Origin: Candidatus Omnitrophota bacterium
GTDB lineage: Bacteria > Omnitrophota > Gorgyraeia > Gygaellales > Profunditerraquicolaceae
NCBI GenBank assembly: GCA_030650425.1
Contig: JAUSED010000005.1
Location: forward strand, 206,932-270,931
Direction of reading: 5' to 3'
DNA: 64,000 bases
A program made the position numbers and the translations under genes. Shown here one piece after another: positions 49,945 to 59,642 of the stretch. The stretch's first letter is position 1, and every line of letters begins with the position of its first letter. Under the pieces are notes generated by a model. That model made no database searches and was not told the DNA's origin. It saw nothing but the letters and a program-made list of their open reading frames with translations.

Positions 49945-50026
49945 GGGCGGATGGCGGAATTGGCATACGCGATAGCCTTAGGAGCTATTGGGGCAACCCT
50001 TGGAGGTTCAAATCCTCTTCCGCCCA
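49945..50026 (+). tRNA. tRNA-Leu (anticodon TAG), long variable arm
   Basis: Acceptor GGGCGGA/TCCGCCC; D-arm GGCGGAATTGGCATACGCG (Leu-like); anticodon stem ATAGC/GCTAT with loop CTTAGGA; variable arm TTGGGGCAACCCTTGG; T-arm GAGGTTCAAATCCTC. Confidence 0.75.
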
Positions 50027-50170
50027 TTAGAATTTTCCGACAAGGAAAATTCTAATGGCACTCAAGCGAGCGTTAAACAGCCCGACAAGGGCTGTAGCGA
50101 GCGGAGTGCCTAGCTACAATTTTCCGACACCCGGCGCTAACAGGAATTGCGCCAGTGCGCAATAGGCATT

Positions 50171-50246
50171 GCGGGAGTAGCTCAGCTGGTAGAGCGCAAC
50201 CTTGCCAAGGTTGATGTCACGGGTTCGAATCCCGCCTCCCGCTCCA
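50171..50246 (+). tRNA. tRNA-Gly (anticodon GCC), CCA encoded
   Basis: GCGGGAGTAGCTCAGCTGGTAGAGCGCAACCTTGCCAAGGTTGATGTCACGGGTTCGAATCCCGCCTCCCGCTCCA. This is a canonical Gly-GCC sequence. Confidence 0.9.
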
Positions 50247-50279
50247 AAGTATAATCTATCAATTGAAAGGAGAATTAAT

Positions 50280-50750
50280 ATGCAGGTTATGGAATTCTTA
50301 TCTAAAAAAGCAATTCTCACCGATATAAAATCCAGTAAGAAAGAAGATGTGATCAAGGAATTGGTGGATACGTTGATTGCCGCCGGCGATATTGAAAAGC
50401 GCTGTCGCGCCAAGCTGATCGATTCGCTTATGGCTAGAGAGGCCCTTGGTTCAACCGCGATCGGCCAAGGGATAGCTATTCCTCACGCCAAGTCTGACTG
50501 CGTAGAAAAGTTAGTCGCGGCATTCGGTCTATCAAAAAAAGGCGTGGACTTTGATTCATTAGACGGCGAGTTAGCCTATATTTTCTTTCTCTTGGTCGCC
50601 CCTCAAGATTCTGCCGGCCCGCATTTAAAAGCTTTGGCGCGTATCTCCAGGCTGCTTAAAGATAAATACTTCCGCGATACTCTGCGCGGTTGTGAAGACG
50701 ACAAAGCTGTTGTTAAGATCATAGCTCAGGAAGACGAAAAGAAGATTTAA
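50280..50750 (+). CDS. ptsN: PTS EIIA(Ntr)-type regulatory protein
   Basis: PTS_EIIA_2 fold with active-site His in 'GIAIPHAK'. The start was set to the ATG at 50280 (RBS GAAAGGAG), because the tracked ORF start overlaps tRNA-Gly. Confidence 0.7.
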   Translation: MQVMEFLSKKAILTDIKSSKKEDVIKELVDTLIAAGDIEKRCRAKLIDSLMAREALGSTAIGQGIAIPHAKSDCVEKLVAAFGLSKKGVDFDSLDGELAYIFFLLVAPQDSAGPHLKALARISRLLKDKYFRDTLRGCEDDKAVVKIIAQEDEKKI

Positions 50751-50776
50751 CCAGCTTTCGCCGGAGACTTCAGTAA

Positions 50777-52018
50777 ATGGCTAGTAAGATTCATGATATG
50801 CTTAAATGGTTTTATCCCGGCATAGGGCTTAAGCGCTGGATCGGTTTAAGTATTTTCGGTGTCTTACTTTTGATTTTTGCTACCGGCCACTTGCGGGCCG
50901 ATGAGTTTCTGGGTATTCAGATACTCGATTCGATAATTCTGTTCTCCGGAATTATAATATTAATACTGGGCATCAAGCGGATGATGCGTTCTTTTGTTGC
51001 CGCCTTTGTGCCTTCCTCAAAAAGTAGCGAGCTTTTTGACATAATTTATCAGAATAAGCAATTATCACGCGGGCCCAAGGTTGTAGTTATCGGAGGCGGG
51101 ACAGGCCTCTCGGTTTTACTGAGCGGCTTAAAGCAATTTACTACTAATCTTTCGGCTATCGTTACTGTTGCTGATGACGGCGGCTCAAGCGGGAGGATAA
51201 GGAAAGAATTCGGGATGCTTCCGCCGGGAGATATCCGTAATTGCCTGGTGGCCTTAGCCGACGCTCCGGCGTTGATGCGGGATTTGTTTCAATTCCGCTT
51301 TGATACGAATTCCGAATTGTCAGGACATAGTTTTGGGAATCTTTTTATAACAGTGATGACGCAGTTGACCGGTGACTTTGAGAAAGCGATTAAAGAAACA
51401 AGCAAGGTTTTGGCGCTTAGGGGGCAGGTTATTCCGTCGACTTTAAATAAAGTGGTTTTGGTTGCCGAACATAAGGATGGCTCAACTACGGTAGGAGAGA
51501 CTAAAATCCCTCAAACACATCGTTCTATCAATCGGGTTTATCTTAATCCCGCGCAGTCGGCTGCGACGCCTGACGCGATTAAAGCAATCAAGGAAGCGCA
51601 GGTCATTGTTTTAGGCCCCGGCTCATTGTACACGAGTATCATCCCTAATCTGTTGATTCGGGAGATTACCGAAGCAGTCAGTACCTCGCAAGCGCTTAAG
51701 GTATATGTGTGTAACGCCATGACCCAGCCGGGAGAGACGGATGGTTTCAGCGCTTCAGAGCATGTTAAGACGCTTATCTTACATTCGCATCCGCGGATCC
51801 TGGATTACTGCGTCGTGAATACGGGTGAAGTGCCTCAGGGTACGCTTAAACGTTATTCCGGTCAGGGTTCATATTTAGTGATTAATGACAGGAAGAAAAT
51901 CGAAGAGATGGGTTATCGCGTGATTGAGGATGATTTCGGGATCATTGAGGACGGCGTAATCAGGCACGACGCGGACAAGTTAGCTAAGATTATATTGGGA
52001 TTGATTGAGGAAATATAA
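50777..52018 (+). CDS. YvcK/UPF0052 (CofD-like) gluconeogenesis-factor family protein with an N-terminal 2-TM extension
   Basis: 'KVVVIGGGTGLSVLL…VTVADDGGSSGRIR…GDIRNCLVALA' motifs. The N-terminal ~90 aa are hydrophobic. Confidence 0.8.
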   Translation: MASKIHDMLKWFYPGIGLKRWIGLSIFGVLLLIFATGHLRADEFLGIQILDSIILFSGIIILILGIKRMMRSFVAAFVPSSKSSELFDIIYQNKQLSRGPKVVVIGGGTGLSVLLSGLKQFTTNLSAIVTVADDGGSSGRIRKEFGMLPPGDIRNCLVALADAPALMRDLFQFRFDTNSELSGHSFGNLFITVMTQLTGDFEKAIKETSKVLALRGQVIPSTLNKVVLVAEHKDGSTTVGETKIPQTHRSINRVYLNPAQSAATPDAIKAIKEAQVIVLGPGSLYTSIIPNLLIREITEAVSTSQALKVYVCNAMTQPGETDGFSASEHVKTLILHSHPRILDYCVVNTGEVPQGTLKRYSGQGSYLVINDRKKIEEMGYRVIEDDFGIIEDGVIRHDADKLAKIILGLIEEI

Positions 52019-52027
52019 AGAAAAATT

Positions 52028-52297
52028 ATGGCTTTAGTTAAAAAAGAATTAATCGTTAAGAATAAATCAGGCTTACACGCGCGGCCGGCCGCTTTATTTG
52101 TTCAGGTGGCGAATAAGTTTGAGTCACGTATAACCGTTAAACGTGATGACGAAGAAGTAAACGGTAAGTCCATCATGGGTATACTCATGCTGGGAGCGGA
52201 AAAGGATAGTGTAATTATCATTGAAGCCGATGGAGAGGACGCGCCAGCGGCTTTGGCAGAATTAGAAAAGATTATTACTAACGAGGAAGACCGATGA
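52028..52297 (+). CDS. ptsH: Phosphocarrier protein HPr
   Basis: 'KNKSGLHARPAALFV' with the active-site His. Confidence 0.85.
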   Translation: MALVKKELIVKNKSGLHARPAALFVQVANKFESRITVKRDDEEVNGKSIMGILMLGAEKDSVIIIEADGEDAPAALAELEKIITNEEDR

Positions 52298-54024
52298 TCC
52301 AGATTAAAGGTATAGCTGCTGCCGGCGGAATTAGTATTGGCGCCGCCTACAAGATGGGTAAAGAAGAGTTTATCATCCCTAAAGTAGCGATCAGTGATTC
52401 GGATATCCCCGTCCAGATACAGCTTTTTGAGGAAGCGTTAATCCGCACGCGCAGGGAAATCATCGCACTGCAGAAGAGGATAAGCGCGGACATGGGCCAG
52501 GAAGAAGCGCAGATTTTTGACGCGCACCTTCTGGTCTTGGAAGACCGCATGCTTATCGAAGAGGTGATCTCCCGCCTTAAAAAAGATAGGCTTAATGTCG
52601 CTTTTATCTTTCAGGAAGTCCTGAAGAAGTACGTTTCTGTCTTCTCCAAGATAGAAGACGAGTACCTTAAAGAGCGCATCGCCGATATAAATGATGTAGG
52701 CAAGAGAATCTTGCGCAATATTTTAGGGAAGGAGACCAAAGGCCTTGGAGATTTAAAAGCGCGGGTAATCGTAGTCGCTCATGACCTTTCTCCTTCGGAT
52801 ACCGCGGCAATGCATAAAAGGAATGTAGCAGGGTTTGTCACGGATATCGGAGGGAAGACTTCGCATACCGCGATCATGGCTAAGTCCTTAGAGATACCGG
52901 CGGTAGTCGGTGCGGAAGAAGCCACCATTAGAATTAATCAGGGAGATATGCTGATTGTGGACGGCGCTCTCGGGATAGTCATTGTCGATCCCGATGAAGA
53001 AACCCTGGAGTCGTATCATACCGCGGAATTAAAGTTAAAGGGTGTCACTGAAAAGTTTCTTTCGGTAAAAGATCTTCCAGCGGTTACCGTTGATGGCAAT
53101 AAGATTGAGATAAATGCCAATATAGAATTTCCCGATGAGGTTCCGGCAGTGAAACTTCACGGAGGAGAAGGTATTGGCCTTTACCGCACAGAGTTCTTTT
53201 ATATGAACAGAAAAGATTTGCCTACCGAGGAGGACCATTACCAAGCCTATAAGTATGTGGCTGAAGAGATGAATCCTTACCCTGTGATCATCCGCACCTT
53301 GGATTTAGGCGGAGACAAATTCTTGTCGCAATTCCAGCTTCCGCATGAGATGCATCCTTTTTTAGGCTGGAGGGCAATCAGATTTTGCCTGGCGCGGCCG
53401 GAGATATTCAAGCTGCAATTAAGGGCTATACTGCGGGCTTCCGTGCACGGGAACTTAAAGCTTATGTATCCGATGATCTCCGGTATCGAGGAGTTGAGGC
53501 AGGCAAATAAGCTGCTGGAGGATGCAAGATCAGAGCTTAAAGCTAAGGGCATGTCTTTTGATGAAGATCTTCAGGTTGGAGCAATGATCGAAGTCCCTTC
53601 GGCGGCAATGACCGCGGATATACTAGCTCAAGAAGCGGATTTTTTCAGCATCGGGAGCAACGACTTAATCCAATATTCTTTGGCGGTTGACCGCGCCAAT
53701 GAAAAAGTAGCTTATCTCTATGAGCCGGCGCATCCGGCGGTTTTACGCCTGATTAAATATATCATTGATTCCGCGCATAAAGCCGATATTAACGTTGGTA
53801 TGTGCGGTGAAATGGCCGGAGAACCGAGTTTGGCATTAATACTTTTGGGTTTGGGCTTGGATGAATTCAGTATGCCTCCGCAGGTTATACCGGAATTAAA
53901 ATTCCTGATTCGCTCGGTCAGCTTAAAAGAAGCTAAAGGGATAGCTGAAGAGGCGCTTGGTTTTTCTACAGGGACGCAGGTAGAAGAATTCGCCCGGGCA
54001 AAGTTAAGGGAGATATTAAAATAA
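52294..54024 (+). CDS. ptsI: Phosphoenolpyruvate-protein phosphotransferase (PTS Enzyme I)
   Basis: 576 aa with phospho-His domain 'GGKTSHTAIMAKSLEIPAVVG' and a PEP-utilising C-terminal domain. Confidence 0.9.
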   Translation: MIQIKGIAAAGGISIGAAYKMGKEEFIIPKVAISDSDIPVQIQLFEEALIRTRREIIALQKRISADMGQEEAQIFDAHLLVLEDRMLIEEVISRLKKDRLNVAFIFQEVLKKYVSVFSKIEDEYLKERIADINDVGKRILRNILGKETKGLGDLKARVIVVAHDLSPSDTAAMHKRNVAGFVTDIGGKTSHTAIMAKSLEIPAVVGAEEATIRINQGDMLIVDGALGIVIVDPDEETLESYHTAELKLKGVTEKFLSVKDLPAVTVDGNKIEINANIEFPDEVPAVKLHGGEGIGLYRTEFFYMNRKDLPTEEDHYQAYKYVAEEMNPYPVIIRTLDLGGDKFLSQFQLPHEMHPFLGWRAIRFCLARPEIFKLQLRAILRASVHGNLKLMYPMISGIEELRQANKLLEDARSELKAKGMSFDEDLQVGAMIEVPSAAMTADILAQEADFFSIGSNDLIQYSLAVDRANEKVAYLYEPAHPAVLRLIKYIIDSAHKADINVGMCGEMAGEPSLALILLGLGLDEFSMPPQVIPELKFLIRSVSLKEAKGIAEEALGFSTGTQVEEFARAKLREILK

Positions 54025-54779
54025 AAGCGTTAGTCTTAGCTGCCGGATACGCTACACGACTCTACCCTTTAACCAAGGAATATCCTAAATCTTTACTCGA
54101 GGTTAGAGGAAAGCCTATTCTTGGTTATATTATTGATAAGTTAGAAACGATAGATGAAGTTAATGAGATTATTATAATTACCAATAGCAAATTTATCGCT
54201 CAGTTCCGGCAGTGGAAAAAAAGAGTACGGTCAAAGAAGAGGCTGACATTGGTAGATGATCTTACTAAGAGTAACGCTGACAGGCTCGGGGCAATCGGCG
54301 ATATCAATTTTGTGATCAAGAAAAAAAATATTAAAGAAGATGTCCTGGTTATCGGCGGGGATAACCTGTTTAACGCGGGATTGACAAGATTCCTTGAGTT
54401 TGCGACGCAAAAGAAACCCGCAGCGACCATCGGAGTTTATAAATTAAAGGCTTTAAAAGACGCCTGTCGTTATGGCGTGGTTAAGCTGGATAGCGCTGAT
54501 AAGGTCGCCAACTTTGAAGAAAAACCCAAAAAACCGAAATCGCAACTTGTGGCTATGTGCCTGTATTTTATTCCTTCAGCGCGCCTGAGCCTGGTCAGGG
54601 ATTATTTAAAAATAAGGAAAAAGACTGATGCTACGGGCAATTATATAGATTGGTTAAAGGAAAGGGTGGATACCTTTGGATTCATTTTCCACGGTTCTTG
54701 GTATGACATCGGAGATTTTAAATATCTAACCGCGGCAAGAAATAATTTTGCTGCACAGCCCGATAAACGGGCCAATTGA
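54021..54779 (+). CDS. Sugar-phosphate nucleotidyltransferase (glucose-1-P thymidylyl/uridylyltransferase-like) with no canonical start codon
   Basis: The conserved N-terminus 'KALVLAAGYATRLYPLT…PKSLLEVRGKPIL' lies in-frame upstream of the first ATG/GTG/TTG of the tracked ORF at 54249. The only in-frame candidates after the upstream stop at 53946 are ATT at 54015 and ATA at 54021. SD TAAGGGAG sits at 54005..54012. Confidence 0.5.
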   Translation: MKALVLAAGYATRLYPLTKEYPKSLLEVRGKPILGYIIDKLETIDEVNEIIIITNSKFIAQFRQWKKRVRSKKRLTLVDDLTKSNADRLGAIGDINFVIKKKNIKEDVLVIGGDNLFNAGLTRFLEFATQKKPAATIGVYKLKALKDACRYGVVKLDSADKVANFEEKPKKPKSQLVAMCLYFIPSARLSLVRDYLKIRKKTDATGNYIDWLKERVDTFGFIFHGSWYDIGDFKYLTAARNNFAAQPDKRAN

Positions 54780-54788
54780 GGAGGAGTC

Positions 54789-55958
54789 ATGACAGCGCGG
54801 AAGCACTATTTTACTTCTGAGTCGGTAGGCGAAGGGCATCCGGATAAGCTTTGTGATCAGATATCCGACGGTGTGTTGGATGAAGTTTTAAAGCAGGATC
54901 CTTACGGCAGAGTTGCCTGTGAAACCTTTGTGACGATGGGGCTTTTGATTGTAGGCGGCGAAATTACGACCACCGCTTATGTTGACATCCAGAAATTAGC
55001 CCGTAATATTATTAAAGAAATAGGTTATACGCATACTAAATACGGATTTGATTATCATACCTGCGCGATTATCAATACGATTAACTCACAATCTCCGGAT
55101 ATCGCCCAAGGCGTCAATACAGGCGGCGCGGGAGATCAAGGGTTTATGGTTGGCTTTGCCTGCCGCGAGACCGAGGAGCTTATGCCGCTTCCGATCATGC
55201 TTTCTCAGAAATTAGTGCGCATGATGGCGGAAATAAGGAGAAAAGGAACTTTGAAATATTTAGGCCCTGATTGTAAATCCCAGGTTTCCGTGGAATATCA
55301 CGATGGCAAACCCAAGAGAGTGGATTCTGTTGTTTTAGCCTGTCAGCATACAGATGAGATCCTTGATTCCAGCAAAGAGAAGATTACTAAAGCCGCCCGG
55401 CAGGAATTTATCGATGTGATTGCCAAACCGGTGCTTAAAGATTATATCGATAAGGATACTAAATACTTTATCAACGAGACGGGAAAATTTGTTATCGGCG
55501 GCCCGCAATCCGATACCGGTATGACCGGAAGAAAAATTGTTGTAGATACTTACGGCGGAATGGCTGCCCCGGGCGGAGGCGCGTTTTCCGGCAAGGACCC
55601 GACTAAGGTTGATCGTTCCGCGGCTTATATGGCCCGTTACATTGCCAAGAACATCGTGGCCGCGGGCCTAGCGGATAAGTGCCTGATTCATTTGGCTTAT
55701 GCTATCGGCAAGGCGGAACCTTTAGCGATTATGGTGGATACTTCCGGTACAGGTAAGTTAACCGAAGTACAATTTATTAAGTTAATTCGGGATAATTTTG
55801 AACTTACTCCACATGGTATGATTAAATCATTGGATCTTCTGCGTCCCATATATAGGAAAACTGCCTGCTATGGGCATTTTGGCAGGACCGAACCCGAGTT
55901 TAGCTGGGAGAGTACGGATAAGGCAGCGACTTTGAAGAAACAAGCGGGAAAATTATAA
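54789..55958 (+). CDS. metK: S-adenosylmethionine synthetase
   Basis: '[20 protein letters not shown]' and '[16 protein letters not shown]' motifs. Confidence 0.95.
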   Translation: MTARKHYFTSESVGEGHPDKLCDQISDGVLDEVLKQDPYGRVACETFVTMGLLIVGGEITTTAYVDIQKLARNIIKEIGYTHTKYGFDYHTCAIINTINSQSPDIAQGVNTGGAGDQGFMVGFACRETEELMPLPIMLSQKLVRMMAEIRRKGTLKYLGPDCKSQVSVEYHDGKPKRVDSVVLACQHTDEILDSSKEKITKAARQEFIDVIAKPVLKDYIDKDTKYFINETGKFVIGGPQSDTGMTGRKIVVDTYGGMAAPGGGAFSGKDPTKVDRSAAYMARYIAKNIVAAGLADKCLIHLAYAIGKAEPLAIMVDTSGTGKLTEVQFIKLIRDNFELTPHGMIKSLDLLRPIYRKTACYGHFGRTEPEFSWESTDKAATLKKQAGKL

Positions 55959-55976
55959 CTCAAAATAGGAGAGTAG

Positions 55977-57233
55977 ATGAAATATGACGTTAAAAATATA
56001 AACTTAGCTAAGAAAGGGTCACTGAGAATTGAATGGGCATCTAATAATATGCCTGTTTTGAATTTAATCAAGCAGAGATTCTTAAAAGAAAAACCATTGA
56101 AAGGGTTAAAGATTGCCGCTTGCCTGCATGTTACTACTGAAACAGGTGTTTTAAGCGAGGTCTTAAAATCAGGAGGAGCCCAAGTTTTTATTTGCGCCTC
56201 CAATCCTCTATCTACGCAGGATGATGTAGCCGCGTCTTTGGCTAAGAATTTAAAGATAGCGGTTTTTGCGATTAAAGGCGAAGATACTAAAACTTATTAC
56301 GCGCATATAAAATCAGTGCTTAGCGCGAAACCCGATATCACCATGGATGACGGAGCGGATTTGGTTTCGACCATCCATCAGGCGCCTTCCGCCTTGCACC
56401 AGAATATTATCGGAGGGACAGAGGAGACCACTACCGGGGTGATTCGTTTAAGGGCATTGGCTAAAGAAGGAAAGTTACGTTATCCGATCATCGCGGTAAA
56501 TGACGCTTTGACTAAGCATTTATTTGATAACCGGTACGGGACAGGGCAATCTACCATAGACGGGATTGTCAGGGCGACGAATAAACTATTAGCCGGAGCC
56601 AATTTTGTAGTGGCAGGTTATGGCTGGTGCGGTAAAGGAGCGAGCTTGCGCGCCAGCGGTATGGGAGCTAAGGTGATCGTCGTGGAGGTTGATCCTTTAC
56701 GGGCCTTGGAAGCAAATATGGACGGATTCCGGGTAATGCCGATCAAAGAAGCGGCGAAGATCGGCGATATTTTTGTCACGGTGACCGGTGACATAAATGT
56801 GATCAGGAAAGAACACTTTCAGGTGATGAAAGACGGCGCCATCGTGAGCAACTCCGGGCATTTTAATGTGGAGTTGGATATTCCGGGATTAGCAAAGCTA
56901 AGCGTCAGGAAAAGGCTTATCCGTGATTTTGTGGATGAGTATATTTTAAAAGACGGCCGCCGGATTTACCTTTTAGGAGAAGGCCGGTTGATCAATTTAG
57001 CCGCGGCTGAAGGCCATCCGGCAAGCGTTATGGATATGTCTTTTGCCAATCAGGCCCTCTCCGCCGAATATATGGCTAAGAATTATAAAGAATTACAAAA
57101 TCAGGTTTATAAAGTTCCCGATGATATCGATAAGAATATCGCCGCTTTAAAATTAAAGTCTTTGGGGATTAAGATTGATACCTTGACTCCGGAGCAGAAG
57201 AAATATCTGGCAAGCTGGGAGATGGGGACGTAA
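55977..57233 (+). CDS. ahcY: Adenosylhomocysteinase
   Basis: Conserved SAHH sequence with an NAD-binding region (…[10 protein letters not shown]…). Confidence 0.95.
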   Translation: MKYDVKNINLAKKGSLRIEWASNNMPVLNLIKQRFLKEKPLKGLKIAACLHVTTETGVLSEVLKSGGAQVFICASNPLSTQDDVAASLAKNLKIAVFAIKGEDTKTYYAHIKSVLSAKPDITMDDGADLVSTIHQAPSALHQNIIGGTEETTTGVIRLRALAKEGKLRYPIIAVNDALTKHLFDNRYGTGQSTIDGIVRATNKLLAGANFVVAGYGWCGKGASLRASGMGAKVIVVEVDPLRALEANMDGFRVMPIKEAAKIGDIFVTVTGDINVIRKEHFQVMKDGAIVSNSGHFNVELDIPGLAKLSVRKRLIRDFVDEYILKDGRRIYLLGEGRLINLAAAEGHPASVMDMSFANQALSAEYMAKNYKELQNQVYKVPDDIDKNIAALKLKSLGIKIDTLTPEQKKYLASWEMGT

Positions 57234-57314
57234 AAATCTTATAAAGATCCTTTCCAGAGGAAAGGATGAAATGAAGCCAAGACGCCAGAGGCTGGCTTCA
57301 TTTCAGATGGGCAC

Positions 57315-58277
57315 TTGATGAAAAGAATAGCGGTTCTGACGACAGGCGGGGACGCGCCGGGAATGAACCCGGCGATACGGGCGGTAGTCCGTTACGGTAT
57401 CGCCAATAAATTAGAGGTAATCGGTGTTTTTCGCGGATGGAGCGGCCTGATTAATGAGGAAATCAAGGTTTTAGACCACCGTTCGGTCTCCGGGATCATT
57501 AGCCAAGGAGGGACGATCTTAAAGACATCCCGCTGCGTTGAATTTCGCAGCAAAGAAGCCCAGGAACGCGCTTATAATACTGTAAAGAAATTCGCTGTCG
57601 ACGGTTTGGTTATAATTGGCGGAAACGGAAGTTTTACCGCAGGGCATGAATTCGGTAAGAAATACAATGTTCCGTGTATGGGGATAGCAGCGTCTATTGA
57701 CAATGATATAAACGGATTAGATTACACGATCGGGAGTGATACCGCGATCAATACCGCGCTGAATGCGATTGATAATATCCGCGATACCGCGACTAGCTTA
57801 GAACGGATTTTTGTAGTTGAGGTAATGGGCCGCGATTGCGGTTTTATTGCCTTGGCTGTAGCCCTTGCCGGAGGATGTGAGGATGTTTTTATTCCGGAGA
57901 GACCGGTTGATTTAGAGTCAGCTTGCCATGATATTGTCCATGGTAATTTGATCGGCAAGGTAAGCTGGATCATTGTGGTAGCTGAGGGTGCAGGTAAAGC
58001 GGAAGATTTTGCCAAAAAGATTAACGGGATAACCGGCTTGGAGACCCGCGCGGTTACCTTGGGGCATATCCAAAGGGGAGGAAGGCCGACAGCTTTTTCT
58101 AGAGATCTGGCTTTAAGATTGGGTAAGGAAGCGGTGGATGCTCTTTTGGAAGGGGATCGCGATAAAGCTGTGGGGCTATCTAAAGGAAGGGTGGTTAGGA
58201 TAGGTTTTGAAACCGCGATTAAGAAGAAAGAATTTGATTTAGAAGGTATTTATAAATTGATTAAGACCTTAACTTAG
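57315..58277 (+). CDS. pfkA: ATP-dependent 6-phosphofructokinase
   Basis: 'RIAVLTTGGDAPGMN' and 'IGGNGS' motifs. Confidence 0.9.
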   Translation: MMKRIAVLTTGGDAPGMNPAIRAVVRYGIANKLEVIGVFRGWSGLINEEIKVLDHRSVSGIISQGGTILKTSRCVEFRSKEAQERAYNTVKKFAVDGLVIIGGNGSFTAGHEFGKKYNVPCMGIAASIDNDINGLDYTIGSDTAINTALNAIDNIRDTATSLERIFVVEVMGRDCGFIALAVALAGGCEDVFIPERPVDLESACHDIVHGNLIGKVSWIIVVAEGAGKAEDFAKKINGITGLETRAVTLGHIQRGGRPTAFSRDLALRLGKEAVDALLEGDRDKAVGLSKGRVVRIGFETAIKKKEFDLEGIYKLIKTLT

Positions 58278-58301
58278 GAATGAAAGGAGAAGTTAGCTGA
58301 A

Positions 58302-59627
58302 ATGGGAAGGAAAGCTTTGAGTATCGACGCAATGGTCAAAGATTTAGTAGTGAGCGATGATTTGAATGCTAAAAAAGTATTGGCTAAAAAGATTCTAGGG
58401 ATAGCCTATAAAAAAGGAATTTATCCGGCCAGTATTCATGACTTTTATATCGCTAGCGGCCGGGGTGAGTTTACTGGTTTTACAGTCCCGGCGATCAACC
58501 TGCGCAGCCTGACCTATGATTTGGCCCGGGCGATATTTAGGGTTGCTAAAAAGAATAACTCCGGGGCGTTTATTTTTGAAATCGCTAAATCTGAAATGGG
58601 ATACACTTCTCAGGCTCCGGTTGAATATGTAAGCGTAGTTCTGGCAGCCGGAATAAAAGAAGGCTATTCCGGTCCGGTATTTATTCAGGCTGACCATACG
58701 CAGGTCAATGCCAAAAAATTTCAGGAGGATCCTGATAAAGAATTACAGGGTTTACAGGACTTGATTGCTGACGCGATAGCCGCGGGTTTCTACAATATTG
58801 ATATTGATTCTTCTACTTTGGTAGATTTATCCAAGTCAGATATCCGGAAACAGCAGAAAAATAATTATGAAGTTTGCGCCAAACTTACGCAATTTATCCG
58901 CAGGGTCGAGCCAAAAGGTATTACTGTTTCAGTGGGAGGAGAGATAGGCGAAGTTGGTCATCAGAATTCCACTCCAGAAGACCTGCGCGCGTTTATGGGA
59001 GGATACCGGGAAAAATTACGCAAGGGCTTAGTGGGGATTTCCAAAATTTCTATTCAGACAGGGACTTCTCACGGTGGAGTAGTTAAGGCTGACGGCTCAA
59101 TTGCCGAGGTAAAACTGGATTTTAATACCTTAAAGACTCTTTCCGCTATTGCCAAGAAGGAATTTGGTCTTGGGGGGGCAGTGCAGCATGGCGCATCCAC
59201 CTTGCCGGAAGAGATGTTTCATAAATTCCCGGAGAATGATACCTTAGAGGTGCATCTGGCTACCGGTTTTCAGAATATGCTGTTGGATAGTAAGCATTTC
59301 CCAGCTGACTTAAAGAAAAGGATGTATGATTGGCTCTTGGTTAATGCCGCCAGTGAAAGAAAAGTAGGTGAAACAGACGAACAATTCTTCTATAAAGCGC
59401 GTAAAAAAGCCCTCGGTCCCTTTAAAAAAGATATTATGGGCCTAGCGCAGGAAGTACGCGACAGTATAGCCGCTGAAATTGAGACTAAATTCGATTTTCT
59501 CTTTAAACAATTAGACGCCGTGAATAATCGGGAATTGGCGGATAAATACGTAACTTTAAAACGGGTGATTGTCAGGCCGCGTAAAGCAGCGAAAGCAATC
59601 GTTCACGACGGAGAAGGCGCAGACTAA
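58302..59627 (+). CDS. Class II (metal-dependent) ketose-bisphosphate aldolase-family protein, long divergent form
   Basis: Motifs 'VFIQADHTQ' (~DH), 'SVGGEIGEVGHQNS' (~ElG..GG.EDG) and 'AVQHGASTLPE' (~HGGSG), in the order characteristic of class II FBA. Length of 441 aa is unusual. Confidence 0.5.
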   Translation: MGRKALSIDAMVKDLVVSDDLNAKKVLAKKILGIAYKKGIYPASIHDFYIASGRGEFTGFTVPAINLRSLTYDLARAIFRVAKKNNSGAFIFEIAKSEMGYTSQAPVEYVSVVLAAGIKEGYSGPVFIQADHTQVNAKKFQEDPDKELQGLQDLIADAIAAGFYNIDIDSSTLVDLSKSDIRKQQKNNYEVCAKLTQFIRRVEPKGITVSVGGEIGEVGHQNSTPEDLRAFMGGYREKLRKGLVGISKISIQTGTSHGGVVKADGSIAEVKLDFNTLKTLSAIAKKEFGLGGAVQHGASTLPEEMFHKFPENDTLEVHLATGFQNMLLDSKHFPADLKKRMYDWLLVNAASERKVGETDEQFFYKARKKALGPFKKDIMGLAQEVRDSIAAEIETKFDFLFKQLDAVNNRELADKYVTLKRVIVRPRKAAKAIVHDGEGAD

Positions 59628-59642
59628 AAAGCGAGGAAAACT

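Noticed and set aside
50027-50170. A fourth tRNA in the long Leu-Gly spacer
   Set aside because: The hairpins do not assemble into a cloverleaf. There is no D-arm or T-arm consensus (GTTC) and no 7-bp acceptor stem.
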